Shown: piece by piece, positions 34,730 through 44,900 of the stretch
Layout of the letters: every line of letters begins with the position of its first letter
Numbering within the stretch: position 1 is the first letter of the stretch
Source: a virus
DNA: 64,000 bases
Reading direction: 5' to 3' (one strand)
Virus record (IMG/VR): IMGVR_UViG_3300020183_000039
Location: 1 to 64,000 of that record
Translations under genes and position numbers: made by a program
Notes under the pieces: generated by a model
Database searches by the model: none
Told to the model about the DNA's origin: nothing
Seen by the model: only the letters and a program-made list of their open reading frames with translations

Positions 34730-35152
34730 TCAGGCGTAGGTCCAGGAGTTCACAGTAAAGACCAGCTCGATGGTCCCTACGTCGCCGCTTTCGCGGTCCA
34801 TCTCGGCGACGGTCAGCTGTTGCAGCTGGCAGCCATTGAGAATGTAGGGAGTGCTATTGCTGGTGTCACCATTACAGGTAGTAGGCTGGATGGTAATGGT
34901 GATGAACTCGCAGTTGTAGTTTGCCCAGACTTGTTCGATCGCGTGTGCGAGAGCAGGATCGTACGGGGCCGTGATGGTGACATCGTCTACGGAACGGGGT
35001 CCCACAACTTTGTAGATGCGGTTCCCGGTTCCGTTGGCGTACTGACCACTTTCAGCCGTATCCGAGACCCCTGAGAATTGCGTCCAGATCGTCTCCAAAC
35101 CAGAGATGGTGACGATAAACGCTGACTTGGGAATTGGCGTGATGACGGGCAT
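34730..35152 (-). CDS. Tail tube protein
   Basis: 140 aa; FSGVSD...VDDVTIT...YILNGC...DRESGDVGTIELVF pattern of contractile-tail tubes; GGAGG RBS. Confidence 0.75.
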   Translation of the reverse strand: MPVITPIPKSAFIVTISGLETIWTQFSGVSDTAESGQYANGTGNRIYKVVGPRSVDDVTITAPYDPALAHAIEQVWANYNCEFITITIQPTTCNGDTSNSTPYILNGCQLQQLTVAEMDRESGDVGTIELVFTVNSWTYA

Positions 35153-35187
35153 TGGAGGTCCTCCTTATGTATGAGTACTAAGAAGGA

Positions 35188-36243
35188 TCAAGCGAACACG
35201 TCGTCGATATAGAAGCCGGAACCGAAGGCACCAGTCGCGCCGAGACCGGTGATGTTGATCACACGCTCCACGGTGATTTCAGCGCGGACCACACGACGCT
35301 CGCGAATGTAGTACTCAGGACGAACGGCGGGAGTGCCGGTCAGCTGGTAGGTGTAAGCGTATGCGGGAGTAGCGGCGTTAGCACCACCAGCGGGCATCAC
35401 GGAATCGGAAGCGCTCAGCGGGCTGTAGAACAGCAGGACGGCGTTCTCGGGGAACACGGGTTGCAGTTCGCCGTTGTCGGTCAGACGGCGGCCTTCAGCC
35501 ACGCGGATGCCGCGCTCGAGACCGAAGTAGCGAGCCAGCACGTCCACGTCGATCGAGTCGGCCGTGGTGAACTGGATGCGCTCCAGGATCGCGGGGTTGG
35601 TCAGCAGGCTGTCGAACACAGCGGTGCCGATCACAGCGCTGTTGGGGCGGATACCGATCTGGTTGGACACGGCGCGCTTCCAGTTGAGCACGTCGACGAT
35701 CGGGTTGTTGGTGGCAGTACCCCAGGGGTTACCACCGGTGGCGATACCGATGGTGGTAGCGTCGGTGTCGTAAGCGGTCCAGTCGGCGTAACCGAGGCCC
35801 AGCGAGCCGCCAGCAACGATATTACCGGGCTCATAATCGGCCACGGTGCTCACGGCGGTGGCGACTTCCACCTCGTAGCTGTTCATGAGGCGGCTCATGG
35901 CGTTGCGCGTCTCGATGGCGCGCAGGTCAACCTGAGCAGGACCCTCGCCGGCGTTCTCGATCACTTCTTCGGGAAGTTCCCAAGCGATCACTTCCTGCTG
36001 CAGAGCGTATGCAGAGGTGTCGAACCGGCTTTGAACGGCGGGGATATTGGCGCCGTAAGCACGACGGTAGTCCTGAATAGCAAAGGCTTCTTTGCCAAAG
36101 CGCAGGATCTTACCGGCCCGGGTGGGGGTGTCCACCACGGGAGCAATGAAGTTAGCGATGCTGGTCTCGGGCAGCATGAAGCCCTGGGCCAGCGTGGTCA
36201 GAATAGGATCGACACCACCGTAGGTGTCCCTTAGATTCATCAT
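35188..36243 (-). CDS. Major capsid protein
   Basis: VDPILTTLAQGF...FGKEAF...GIRPNSAVIG...PAYAYTYQL; strong codon bias; AAGGAG RBS; downstream of protease and decoration genes. Confidence 0.88.
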   Translation of the reverse strand: MMNLRDTYGGVDPILTTLAQGFMLPETSIANFIAPVVDTPTRAGKILRFGKEAFAIQDYRRAYGANIPAVQSRFDTSAYALQQEVIAWELPEEVIENAGEGPAQVDLRAIETRNAMSRLMNSYEVEVATAVSTVADYEPGNIVAGGSLGLGYADWTAYDTDATTIGIATGGNPWGTATNNPIVDVLNWKRAVSNQIGIRPNSAVIGTAVFDSLLTNPAILERIQFTTADSIDVDVLARYFGLERGIRVAEGRRLTDNGELQPVFPENAVLLFYSPLSASDSVMPAGGANAATPAYAYTYQLTGTPAVRPEYYIRERRVVRAEITVERVINITGLGATGAFGSGFYIDDVFA

Positions 36244-36331
36244 GGACTTTAAGTCTCCTTCTGCAGAAGGTTAGAGACGGACTTGGGCTTACACGGAAAC
36301 CCGATGCCAAGGCCTGGAATAATGTTAGCGT

Positions 36332-36778
36332 TCAGCTGAAGCTGACGAGAGCGTACTGGTCGCCGCCGATATCCAGCACGTCGCGGATGATCGGGGTCGT
36401 GCCGTTCACGGTCACGGCCGTGGAGCCGGCTGTGGCGGCGTCGGAGGCGATGCCGCCGGCGATTACTTCGAGGGCGGTACCGATGTCGTTGGCGGCCAGG
36501 GTGCCATCAGCCTCGACCAGCAGCAGACCGCTGGTGGCCACGGTCAGCATGCGCACGCGATCGGTAGCGAAGCCGGTAGGAGGAACGTTGTCGTTCACTT
36601 CGTACTGGCTCACGCCCACGGCGGCGCCGCCGTTGGATTGCTCCACCAGGAGGGGAGGGTGAGAGCCGGGGGCGGCGGTCAGTTCCACAACTCGGAACTC
36701 GTTCACCGCGGTGCCGTCGGCGACGCGGAAGGACTCAGCGAAGCGGATGTACTGCTTGCCGTATACAGGAGCTGCCAT
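36332..36778 (-). CDS. Capsid decoration/cement protein (DUF2190-like)
   Basis: Small G/A/V-rich protein directly upstream of the capsid gene (AVGVSQY...VATSGLLLVEA). Confidence 0.7.
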   Translation of the reverse strand: MAAPVYGKQYIRFAESFRVADGTAVNEFRVVELTAAPGSHPPLLVEQSNGGAAVGVSQYEVNDNVPPTGFATDRVRMLTVATSGLLLVEADGTLAANDIGTALEVIAGGIASDAATAGSTAVTVNGTTPIIRDVLDIGGDQYALVSFS

Positions 36779-36853
36779 TATCTTAAATGATGGAGGTTGG
36801 ATTCAACCACTCTATGAGTGGGTCTACACATGGGTCTTTTACCCATCCGGAAC

Positions 36854-37777
36854 CTATCGGTATTCGATGACACAACGGCATCGGTCGTGACATTGGCACC
36901 GCACGCCTGGCATCGGAAGACTGCCGATAGGCACCCAGCCAAGAGTCTCGTAGTAGCGACAGTCGAGGCAGACCTTGCGGTCTTTGCGAGTGATGCGCCG
37001 CATCTCACGGTACCCTTGATTCTCGCTTTCGTTAAAACGTCCTGTTTGGAACCATCGGTAAAGCGGGGTTACCAGAAAGCGTTTCAGACGACTCAGGAGC
37101 CCGGACCATGTAGCGGGTCCGGCTTGTCGATTACTCGGTCTAGCTGCTCTCTCGGCCGTGGCTAATGCCGCTTCCGGGTTCGAGAGCTCGCTTCTTGAGA
37201 GCGAGGTAGAACGCTGCTCTGTTTCGGATCTTGATGTTTTTGCCGCGTTCATCGCAGCGGTCAGGCTTTTGGCTCCCTGTACTGGGACAGTGAGACTAGC
37301 AGGTTGGGAACTTGCCGCCGTACCGATGCTTTCAATAGCGCTGTCACCGGGGAAACTCGGCCCGGCCAGAGACTCTTCTATCTCTCCTTCGTCATCCTCC
37401 TCAGCGAACTCCTCTTCCTCTTCGCCATACTTGAGGCGGCCCGAACGGAGTGACATCTGGATCTCGTTGAAGAAGACCCAGAGGTACTGCATCTGGCCCA
37501 TCGCCTCGGAGTACTCGTTGTCCGTGGCCCTACGGCCCTTAGTTCCGAGCGTGAGAGCTGCCAAAGACGCGATGAGACTATCCTCAGCCGTGGCACGCTG
37601 GAACTCCGAGAAGGAGATCTTCTCGAGCTTAAGTCTCTTTTGCAGCCCTGCGGCCCTGGAGTCCATCTCCTCTTCCAGCGCTTCCAGAGAGGAGAAGGAT
37701 TCGGCCAGACGCTCGGCTCTATCGATGTAGTCTTCCCTGCGCCTGGCCGCCTGACCGATGAAGGACAGAAGCTCCAC
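36854..37777 (-). CDS. Head morphogenesis (MuF/minor capsid-like) protein
   Basis: C-terminal CLDC...PIGSLPMPG.RCQCHDRCRC motif; position in the head module. Confidence 0.65.
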   Translation of the reverse strand: MELLSFIGQAARRREDYIDRAERLAESFSSLEALEEEMDSRAAGLQKRLKLEKISFSEFQRATAEDSLIASLAALTLGTKGRRATDNEYSEAMGQMQYLWVFFNEIQMSLRSGRLKYGEEEEEFAEEDDEGEIEESLAGPSFPGDSAIESIGTAASSQPASLTVPVQGAKSLTAAMNAAKTSRSETEQRSTSLSRSELSNPEAALATAERAARPSNRQAGPATWSGLLSRLKRFLVTPLYRWFQTGRFNESENQGYREMRRITRKDRKVCLDCRYYETLGWVPIGSLPMPGVRCQCHDRCRCVIEYR

Positions 37778-37781
37778 GGGA

Positions 37782-39857
37782 TCAGCCCATCGAGTCGGAG
37801 AAGAGGACCGCCTTCAGAGCTTCGGCGTAGTCGATACCCTCTTCTTTAGAGAGCTTCACGGCTCGCTCGTGGGGATCAAGATCCTCGTCACGGATCACTG
37901 GCTCACCGCCGGCGATCTCAGAATAGCAAACCTGGGAGGGAAGATTCTCCAGGATGCGCATCAGAGGGGTAGCGGCCGTCTCACCTTCCGAGAACTCGAG
38001 AGTGCCGTACTCGAGACCTTCCATGTAGCTCACCAGCTCGTCCTGACCGACGATAGCTTCGGTCAGCTTGCCAGCCTCGTACAGGCTTTCGGCAAACTGC
38101 TCCAGGCGCATGCGATTGGCCTGACGCTCAGCAAACTCAGCCTGCTCACGCAGTTTAGCGTTAGCGGCTTCCAGCTCTTCGAGGCGCGCCATCATGGCGG
38201 CCAGAGGATCGGCTTCGGAGTGGTTGATCTCCATCACCCGAACTTTGCCGTTCTTGATCTGCTTACCGGCACCTTTAGGACCGCCGGTGGCCATGTACTT
38301 GCTGGGGTAGCCGGCGGGCTCGGGGCCTTTGCCGGTCATACCGCGCTCTTCAGCCATCTGCGAGGACTTACCGGTGTAATCGCCCTTGTAGTTCTTGGCC
38401 ATCTCACCACCGTCAGAGCCTTTGGCCATGCGGTTCTCTTCTTTGCCAGTACCCTTCATGCCGCGCTGGGTTTCGCCTTCTACGCCGGCTTTGCCGACTT
38501 CGCCACGACCAGACTGGTCGTTGTAAGGATCTTGAGCCTTGCGGCCCTTCATCCCGTCCTGGCCACGCTTAGGCTGAGTAGTCTTATTGACGTACTTGTT
38601 GTTGTCCGTCTCGACGTGCTGTTCGTCGTCGTCCTCGAGCTCGTCTTCGTCCGGCTCTTCGAAGCCGAGGTTGACGCCCTTAGAGGTCGAGCGAGTGCGG
38701 ACCAGGCCACCGGGACCACCTTCGGTCTCCTTGGTACCAGAGTCGGTGGCGTTCATGTGGTCGGTACCACGCTTCTTCTTCGAAGCCTCGAGAGTAGGCT
38801 CTTGGTACTTGTCTTCGTCCTCTTCGACCTGAGGCTCTGCGGCGCCGGACTTAGGATTCTTCTTGACTTTGGAGGCTTCGGGGCCTTCGCCATCAGACTC
38901 CTCAGCTTCAAGGCCAGACATTCCCTTCGGAGCAGGGGATTTAAGACCTTTGACCTTGCCGTCATGCTCAGCCGTGGCTTCGCCATGCTTCATGTCATCT
39001 TCGGCCATAGCTTCGTCCATGGACTTACCGGTAGCTTCAGCTTTCTTCTTAGCAGCCTGCTTCTTCAGCGGCTCGGGGAGGTCTTTACCTTCCATCTCCT
39101 TGGACATCACCTCGTCGTCGTCCTCTTCGTCTTCTTCGGACTTGCCCTCGGTGCCCATCTTACCGCCTTTCATGGACTTGCCCTTCTTGTGGGCCATGCC
39201 GCTCATGTGCTCAGCGTACTCGCCAGCATCCTCACCCTCGGCGGGGGCGTTTTCTTCAACTTGCGGCGCCTCAAGCTGTTGCTCGGCGCCCAGTTCTTCT
39301 GCAGTCATCTGAGAGCGTGCCTCATCGAGTTTTTCTTTAAGGAGTTCGAGGGGTCCGAGGTCCCTCTTAAGAGTGGGGCCAAGCTCCTTGTCGAACACGT
39401 CGTCCGGCATGAGAGTAATGGCCGCGGCGAATTCTAGGACCCCATCGGCGTTTTCCTCGTAAGCGAAGCCCTTGAGGCCTTTGACGGCCGGAGGCTGAGC
39501 ACCGAGAAGAGCCACGTGGCGCAATGACCACTTGCCTGGCTCTGGATTGATCTTAGAATCTGGCGAGTAGAACGAAGCACTCACCTTCTTGTACAGACCA
39601 TTGTTGATGTAGTCTGCAGCGAGAGGCGAAAAGTCGATCTCGGCGAAGAGCTCATCGCCTTTCACCTTCACGTCTTTAACCCAGCCCCAGGCCGGTACTT
39701 TGTCGTTGTCCTCGTGCCCGATGCGGATCGGGGCCTCATGAACATCGGGCTTGTAGGAGTCGGCGATCTGCTTTAGATCATTGACCGAGAACTCCCTAGT
39801 CACGCCCTGGGCCGAAGTCTGCGTCCCGGCCTTGAAGATGTGAACTTCTTTGATCAT
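37782..39857 (-). CDS. Prohead protease/scaffold (Mu I-like) with a long disordered insert
   Basis: IHIFKAG-like start (VHIFKAG), APIRIGHE...AWGWV, YKKVSASFY, LRHVALLGAQPPAVKGL; scaffold C-terminus LEFSEG...DYAEALKAV. Confidence 0.88.
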   Translation of the reverse strand: MIKEVHIFKAGTQTSAQGVTREFSVNDLKQIADSYKPDVHEAPIRIGHEDNDKVPAWGWVKDVKVKGDELFAEIDFSPLAADYINNGLYKKVSASFYSPDSKINPEPGKWSLRHVALLGAQPPAVKGLKGFAYEENADGVLEFAAAITLMPDDVFDKELGPTLKRDLGPLELLKEKLDEARSQMTAEELGAEQQLEAPQVEENAPAEGEDAGEYAEHMSGMAHKKGKSMKGGKMGTEGKSEEDEEDDDEVMSKEMEGKDLPEPLKKQAAKKKAEATGKSMDEAMAEDDMKHGEATAEHDGKVKGLKSPAPKGMSGLEAEESDGEGPEASKVKKNPKSGAAEPQVEEDEDKYQEPTLEASKKKRGTDHMNATDSGTKETEGGPGGLVRTRSTSKGVNLGFEEPDEDELEDDDEQHVETDNNKYVNKTTQPKRGQDGMKGRKAQDPYNDQSGRGEVGKAGVEGETQRGMKGTGKEENRMAKGSDGGEMAKNYKGDYTGKSSQMAEERGMTGKGPEPAGYPSKYMATGGPKGAGKQIKNGKVRVMEINHSEADPLAAMMARLEELEAANAKLREQAEFAERQANRMRLEQFAESLYEAGKLTEAIVGQDELVSYMEGLEYGTLEFSEGETAATPLMRILENLPSQVCYSEIAGGEPVIRDEDLDPHERAVKLSKEEGIDYAEALKAVLFSDSMG

Positions 39858-39894
39858 CGTATGTGATAGAAGCTGGGAACAGCCTCAGAGTGTT

Positions 39895-41283
39895 TTACCC
39901 GAGAATGTCGTTGATCAGAGCGTCAAATTCTGGATCAGTCGATTCTTCTTGGGCTTGGTCTTCTGTAGCTTCTGGGACGTCTTCTGCTACCTCTTCCGCG
40001 CCTGGAGCATCTTCTGGAGCGATCTCCTGAAGTGGGCCTTCGGCCTTGGTCTCTTCGGGTTCCTCGAGCTCAACCTTATAGGTCGTTTCGATCCATTCTT
40101 TCGTCGGACGATAACCGACTTTCTCGATCATAGTAGCGACGTCCGTCATGGTAAGCTGGCTACCTTCCTCGACCTTGAAATCGCGTCGGACCCTTGGCGA
40201 GACCACGTTGGTACCGTAGTTGAGATCAACCACCCAGCGGACGAGAGTCTCATTCAAGGTTTCGCAGAGAAGCTCAGCAAGCTCTTTAGACCGCACTTCG
40301 CGGACCTGCAGAGCAACTTCGGAGGACGCTCTAGATCCAGCATCAGCGTTGCCGGTCTCGTCTTCGCCAGTGATGAGCATGTTGATCTCTTTGATCAACG
40401 AGTCCCTGAGTTGAGTGAAAGTTTCCGGGGAGCCCTGAGGATTGATGAAGTCGAGATCGTATCCCTCGGGAAGGATCAGCGCCGTCTCCTGAGACAGGTT
40501 AGTCAGGTGGTTGTACAGCGCGTCGATCTCCTGCGTAGTAGCGGCTAGAGGAGCCTTAGCTACAGCGGTAGGGTTCGCGAAGCGGTCAGAGTAGAGTAGC
40601 TGGGACTCCAGAGCACGCCGCTTGAACTTCACGATCGGGTAGAGGATCCGTCCGAGGCCGCAACCGTACGGATCTCCATTGGCCTGAGTCCAGTAACGGA
40701 AAACCATGAACTTCCGGGCCGGAAGATCTTCGCCTACGAATGTGTTGGAGTAGGTCACCATCTTCATCGAGAAGCCCATGTCGGCCTCGTCATCGATGGC
40801 GAACAGGAATCGACGCTGGTCTCGTGGCCGAATATCGTAAGGCTTCACGCCCTGCTTGGTCCTACGCCACATGATCTCTCCCACGGAGAAGCCGACAACG
40901 TAGGCCTCCAGCATATTGCGGAAGATCTCGTCCATCGGGAGTTCGTTCAAGATCTCCTCGACGTACTCTTTCACAGCCATGTCGCCTGGAGAGTCCGAGG
41001 CCGGCTCGACAACAAGCTCTCGCGACGTGATCTCCTGGACGACTTTCATCCACGCGGCCTGTACGTTGGAATCGAACAGAAGCCGCTGGTAGACGATGAG
41101 GGCCGAAATGCCACCCTTCTGGATTAGAAGATCGTCATTGGGACGAACGACCAGATTTCCAGGGGTCTGACCATTGAAAAGCCCTGGATAGTACCCGTAG
41201 ATCGTCTGACGAGCATACGGGTTGGTGGCGTACTGGGCTATGTCTCCCTTTGGGATCGGCGGAATGTCGAAACGTTTTGCCAT
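39895..41283 (-). CDS. Portal protein (Mu gp29/DUF935-like)
   Basis: GFSVGEIMW, PARKF, DPYGCGLGRILY, GSRASSEV motifs. Confidence 0.88.
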   Translation of the reverse strand: MAKRFDIPPIPKGDIAQYATNPYARQTIYGYYPGLFNGQTPGNLVVRPNDDLLIQKGGISALIVYQRLLFDSNVQAAWMKVVQEITSRELVVEPASDSPGDMAVKEYVEEILNELPMDEIFRNMLEAYVVGFSVGEIMWRRTKQGVKPYDIRPRDQRRFLFAIDDEADMGFSMKMVTYSNTFVGEDLPARKFMVFRYWTQANGDPYGCGLGRILYPIVKFKRRALESQLLYSDRFANPTAVAKAPLAATTQEIDALYNHLTNLSQETALILPEGYDLDFINPQGSPETFTQLRDSLIKEINMLITGEDETGNADAGSRASSEVALQVREVRSKELAELLCETLNETLVRWVVDLNYGTNVVSPRVRRDFKVEEGSQLTMTDVATMIEKVGYRPTKEWIETTYKVELEEPEETKAEGPLQEIAPEDAPGAEEVAEDVPEATEDQAQEESTDPEFDALINDILG

Positions 41284-41636
41284 CAGATCACGAGAGACAA
41301 TGTAAGCGGCGGCTGCGGCACGCCATTCGTGGAGTAAGTGACCGTCACCACATAGACTCCGTGCTCTCCATTATCCCAATTCCCTTTGACCGAAAGGTCA
41401 TCTAATCCCCCGACTTGGGTCGAGATAGCTTCTGAGATCTTGGAGTCGATAGCAGCAGGATTCACGGTCTCGAACGTGTCTTCCATGAGACCGTAATCGG
41501 CTCGCATGATACGTTCGAATGGTCGGGTCTCCAGAACCGACACAATTTGCTGCTCTAATATAGCAAAGTCTTCAGCAAGTGCGAGCTTGCCATTCTGGGC
41601 TTGAAGAGGATACGAGAGCCCTCGGATGCTTGTCAT
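41283..41636 (-). CDS. Baseplate gp25/GPW-like protein
   Basis: GLSYPL...ILEQQIVSVLETRPFERIMRADYG. Confidence 0.8.
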   Translation of the reverse strand: MTSIRGLSYPLQAQNGKLALAEDFAILEQQIVSVLETRPFERIMRADYGLMEDTFETVNPAAIDSKISEAISTQVGGLDDLSVKGNWDNGEHGVYVVTVTYSTNGVPQPPLTLSLVI

Positions 41637-41932
41637 CTAGCGACGTACCTCTTGACAATTTCCGAATTGATCTTTCTCATCGAGACTTCCCAGCCTTTGG
41701 GACGCTCGGTCCCAAGCCGGGTGACCTCGTTTCGAAGCTTGTCCAAAGGCAAGCTAGGATAGAGTTCGGGGTCGATTTCAACCGAGCTTTTTATGCTCGC
41801 TACTCCATCGAGTCCTGTTTCCAGAAGGGAGGAGCAGAGGGCCCCAAGAGGGACCCCGAGCTCCGCCGCTTTCTGCTTGAGACTCGAGTGGAGATCATCC
41901 TCGACGTCGAACGCCAGGCGTTTCTTAGCCAT
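41633..41932 (-). CDS. Ribbon-helix-helix DNA-binding protein
   Basis: KKRLAFDVEDDLHSSLKQKAAELGVPLGAL. Confidence 0.65.
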   Translation of the reverse strand: MAKKRLAFDVEDDLHSSLKQKAAELGVPLGALCSSLLETGLDGVASIKSSVEIDPELYPSLPLDKLRNEVTRLGTERPKGWEVSMRKINSEIVKRYVAR

Positions 41933-41953
41933 GTTCGATCTCCTAGGCTAGGA

Positions 41954-44900
41954 TCAGGTAGCCGAGATGCCGGATGCCTCGAGAGCGGCCGGGATGCCAC
42001 CGATACCGACGCGGACCAGATCCACCTCGATGCGCTCGAGGGTGGGAACTGGCACCACGAACACCTTCACGTTCACGTAGCCATTCTCCAGAGCACCGCC
42101 GAGGTTGTTCCGCTCGTCGCAGACCACCTGGTAGGCTTCGGAAGGAGTAGCACCGAACAGAGCACCGGGCACGTAGAAGAACTCGTACAGGGTGTTGTCG
42201 GCGATGGCACGGATCTGGTTGAAGGTCACGGCGCGACCGTCGATCACGCTGAAGATCTGGCCATCGAAGGCCTGACGCAGCGTGCCGTAGATCACGTTGA
42301 GGATCACACGAGTGTTCACGAACTGGTACAGGGCCTGTTCGGAATTGCCACGGTTCACGCGAGTACGGGAACCCCAGACAAACACGGGGCCGAACACCTC
42401 ACCGGTGTCTGCATCTACCGTGCTGTAGCCAGGCAGCTGACGCAGGGCATTGAGGCCTTGCGGGTTGCTGATCTCCTGCTGAGCGTTGGTGATGGCGATC
42501 TCGCAACCACGTGCTCCGGCCAAGTTGTACTTCGCACCAGCGGGAGGCAGGCGGAAGCCAGCGGCGGAATCGCGGTAGCGGCGAATTGCCAGGCCAGTGA
42601 CGAACGAAGAGGGCTGGATGAAGAGACCAACGTCGTTCTTGATGTATGGAGCGTAGTAGGCCAGGAAGCCCTGAGTCGTGCTGTAGGAGGTGGCCTCGTT
42701 GAGCAGTCGAGCGTGGTTGTTGATACCAGCTTCGATGACCCGCATCTGAGGAGTGCCGCCGTTGTTCACGCCACGCAGAGCCTCGTTCACCAGATCACCA
42801 GCGGTGATGGCGTCGAAGTTCCACAGGTTGTTGGGGACGTCAACTTCAGGCTCGAGGAACTCGATGTCCACGTAGCCGCCGTACAGGGTGGTGTAGCCTT
42901 GGCCGATCTGAAGCACGGGATGAGCATACACGCCGGTAGCCGAGGTGTTGGCCTGATCACCATAGCTTAGAGGCACGCAGTAGAAGTTGTTCTCGCCAGC
43001 GAAGTCCTGAGCAGGGTTGAGAGGACGAGCAAAGTCGTCTTCGGTGTACTGCCAGGTGTAGGGGTTGGAGATGCTCGTCACGAGGAACTCCACACCGCCA
43101 GCGTTGTTCACACCAGCGCTGATGATGTCGATCTCTGTACCAGCAACCGCGTCTGCGGCGGTCTCGGCGAACTGGATGGTGTTGGGGTCGACCACGATCA
43201 CGAAGTAGATCCCCGTATCTTCCAGACCACCGGCCAGAGTGGCGTTGGTAGCGGTGTTGACGCTCACCTCGTCGCCGGTCAGGTAACCGTGAGAAGCGAT
43301 GGTCACCTCATTGGTCACCACGTCCACGTCAGCGGCTGCGACCTGCCAGACAGGAACGCCAACCGGAGCAGAACCGTAGGACAGGCGCAGGTCGGTGCTG
43401 ATGTCAGCGGTGTAGGCAACGCCGTAAGGGTCGTTCACACCGTTCTGGATGGCAACGTTAGCCTCGTCGCGCACGCCGGCCACCGCGAGAGTCACGTCCA
43501 GCTGGTACTTGCGGCCACGGATGTAGCGCAGCACGCCGGAGTCACTGAACTGGCCGCCGTCCACTGCAGTCGAGAGCTTCTTGTAGAAGCGACGAGCAGC
43601 TGTGGTGATGATCGCGGAAGTTGGGAAGTCAGCGAAGGCGTTAGAAGCCAGGTCGGAAGCCGAACGAGCGAGACGGAAGAAGTTCCGGTCCACCTTCTGA
43701 GCGAAGTACACAGTGGTGGAGGTCGGGGTCGTGCCGCGGAAGATCGTCTCGGTGGCGGTCACAATGCTGCCATCGAAGTACAGCTTGTCAGCGGTAACAA
43801 CGGGGTGCTCGGAGGAGAACACCATGCAGTCGCGGCCGGTCGTCAGAATAGACTGAGCGGGAGCGCCCTGAGGGTTCAGCACAGTGGCAGAGTCGGTACC
43901 AGCGCCGGGGATGGAGATGTTCGTACCGGAGTTGGCATTGGCCAGCGAGGTGGCCAGCTGGATCGTGTTATCGTCGATCCGGATAACAAAGTACTGCGTG
44001 CCGGACGTCAGGTTAGTCGGGCTAGCAGCGCCGTCAGAAGGCAGCAGGTAGTAATTGATCGCGTCGCCGGTGCTATAACCGTGACCGATAACCGTGATCT
44101 CGTCGGTGCCAGTGTTGACGTCGGAAGCATTGAAGTACTTCAGAGTCAGGCCGCCGCTCAGGATTGCCAGAGAGGGGTCAGACAGCTGACGGACCAGACC
44201 CTTATAGTCGTGCTGGGTCGTAGGCTTCTGCAGGGTGCCGGGCAGGTGCAGAGTGTTGAAGGACACGGTGTTCACGCCACCGTTGGCCTCCAGCAGGCTC
44301 GAGATCTTGCCCTTGATCTCTACGTTGAACTCCCAAGCAGGAGTGGAATAGTAGAGAACCAGCATGCCACCGCCTTGAGGGGTGCCAGCGGTGGTGAAGT
44401 TCACGGCTTCGTTGATAGAAGCGCGAGAAGTGCTGGTAGCCAGGCGGATCTGGTTAGGAGCCAGAGTGTTGTCGATGTCGCTCGCGATCACATAGAACGA
44501 ACCGAGAAGGGGCTCGTTAGTGATGCCGGTAGCGGTATCGCTGTAGAGAGGAGCGGTGGGCAGCGGATCGTTCTCGAACAGCTCCACGCTCACGATGGTG
44601 CCGGAAGGCAGGGCATCCACGGGCCACTCTTCGGCCAGAGTCATCACGTCAGTCGCCGTGTTCAGACCGACATCCACGCGGATGCGCTGGTCGTCCTTCA
44701 TGGCAAGACGCTCACCGTCGTTCAGAGCGACGTTAGCCGAGTTAGCGGCGTTGGTGGCGTCGTAGTTGGCGGACGTGAAGAGCAGAGGAGTCGTATCGGT
44801 CCACTCGTAGATCACGTTGTCCACGAGATACAGCTCGCCGGGCTCGAAGCCGTTGGAGGGATTCGCGGGCGTGAAGTCGCGGTAGATCACGATGTCCGTC

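Noticed and set aside
36854-37777. MuF-fused polymorphic toxin
   Set aside because: The MuF-like protein ends at its Cys motif with no C-terminal toxin; the variable effectors are on the separate leader family.
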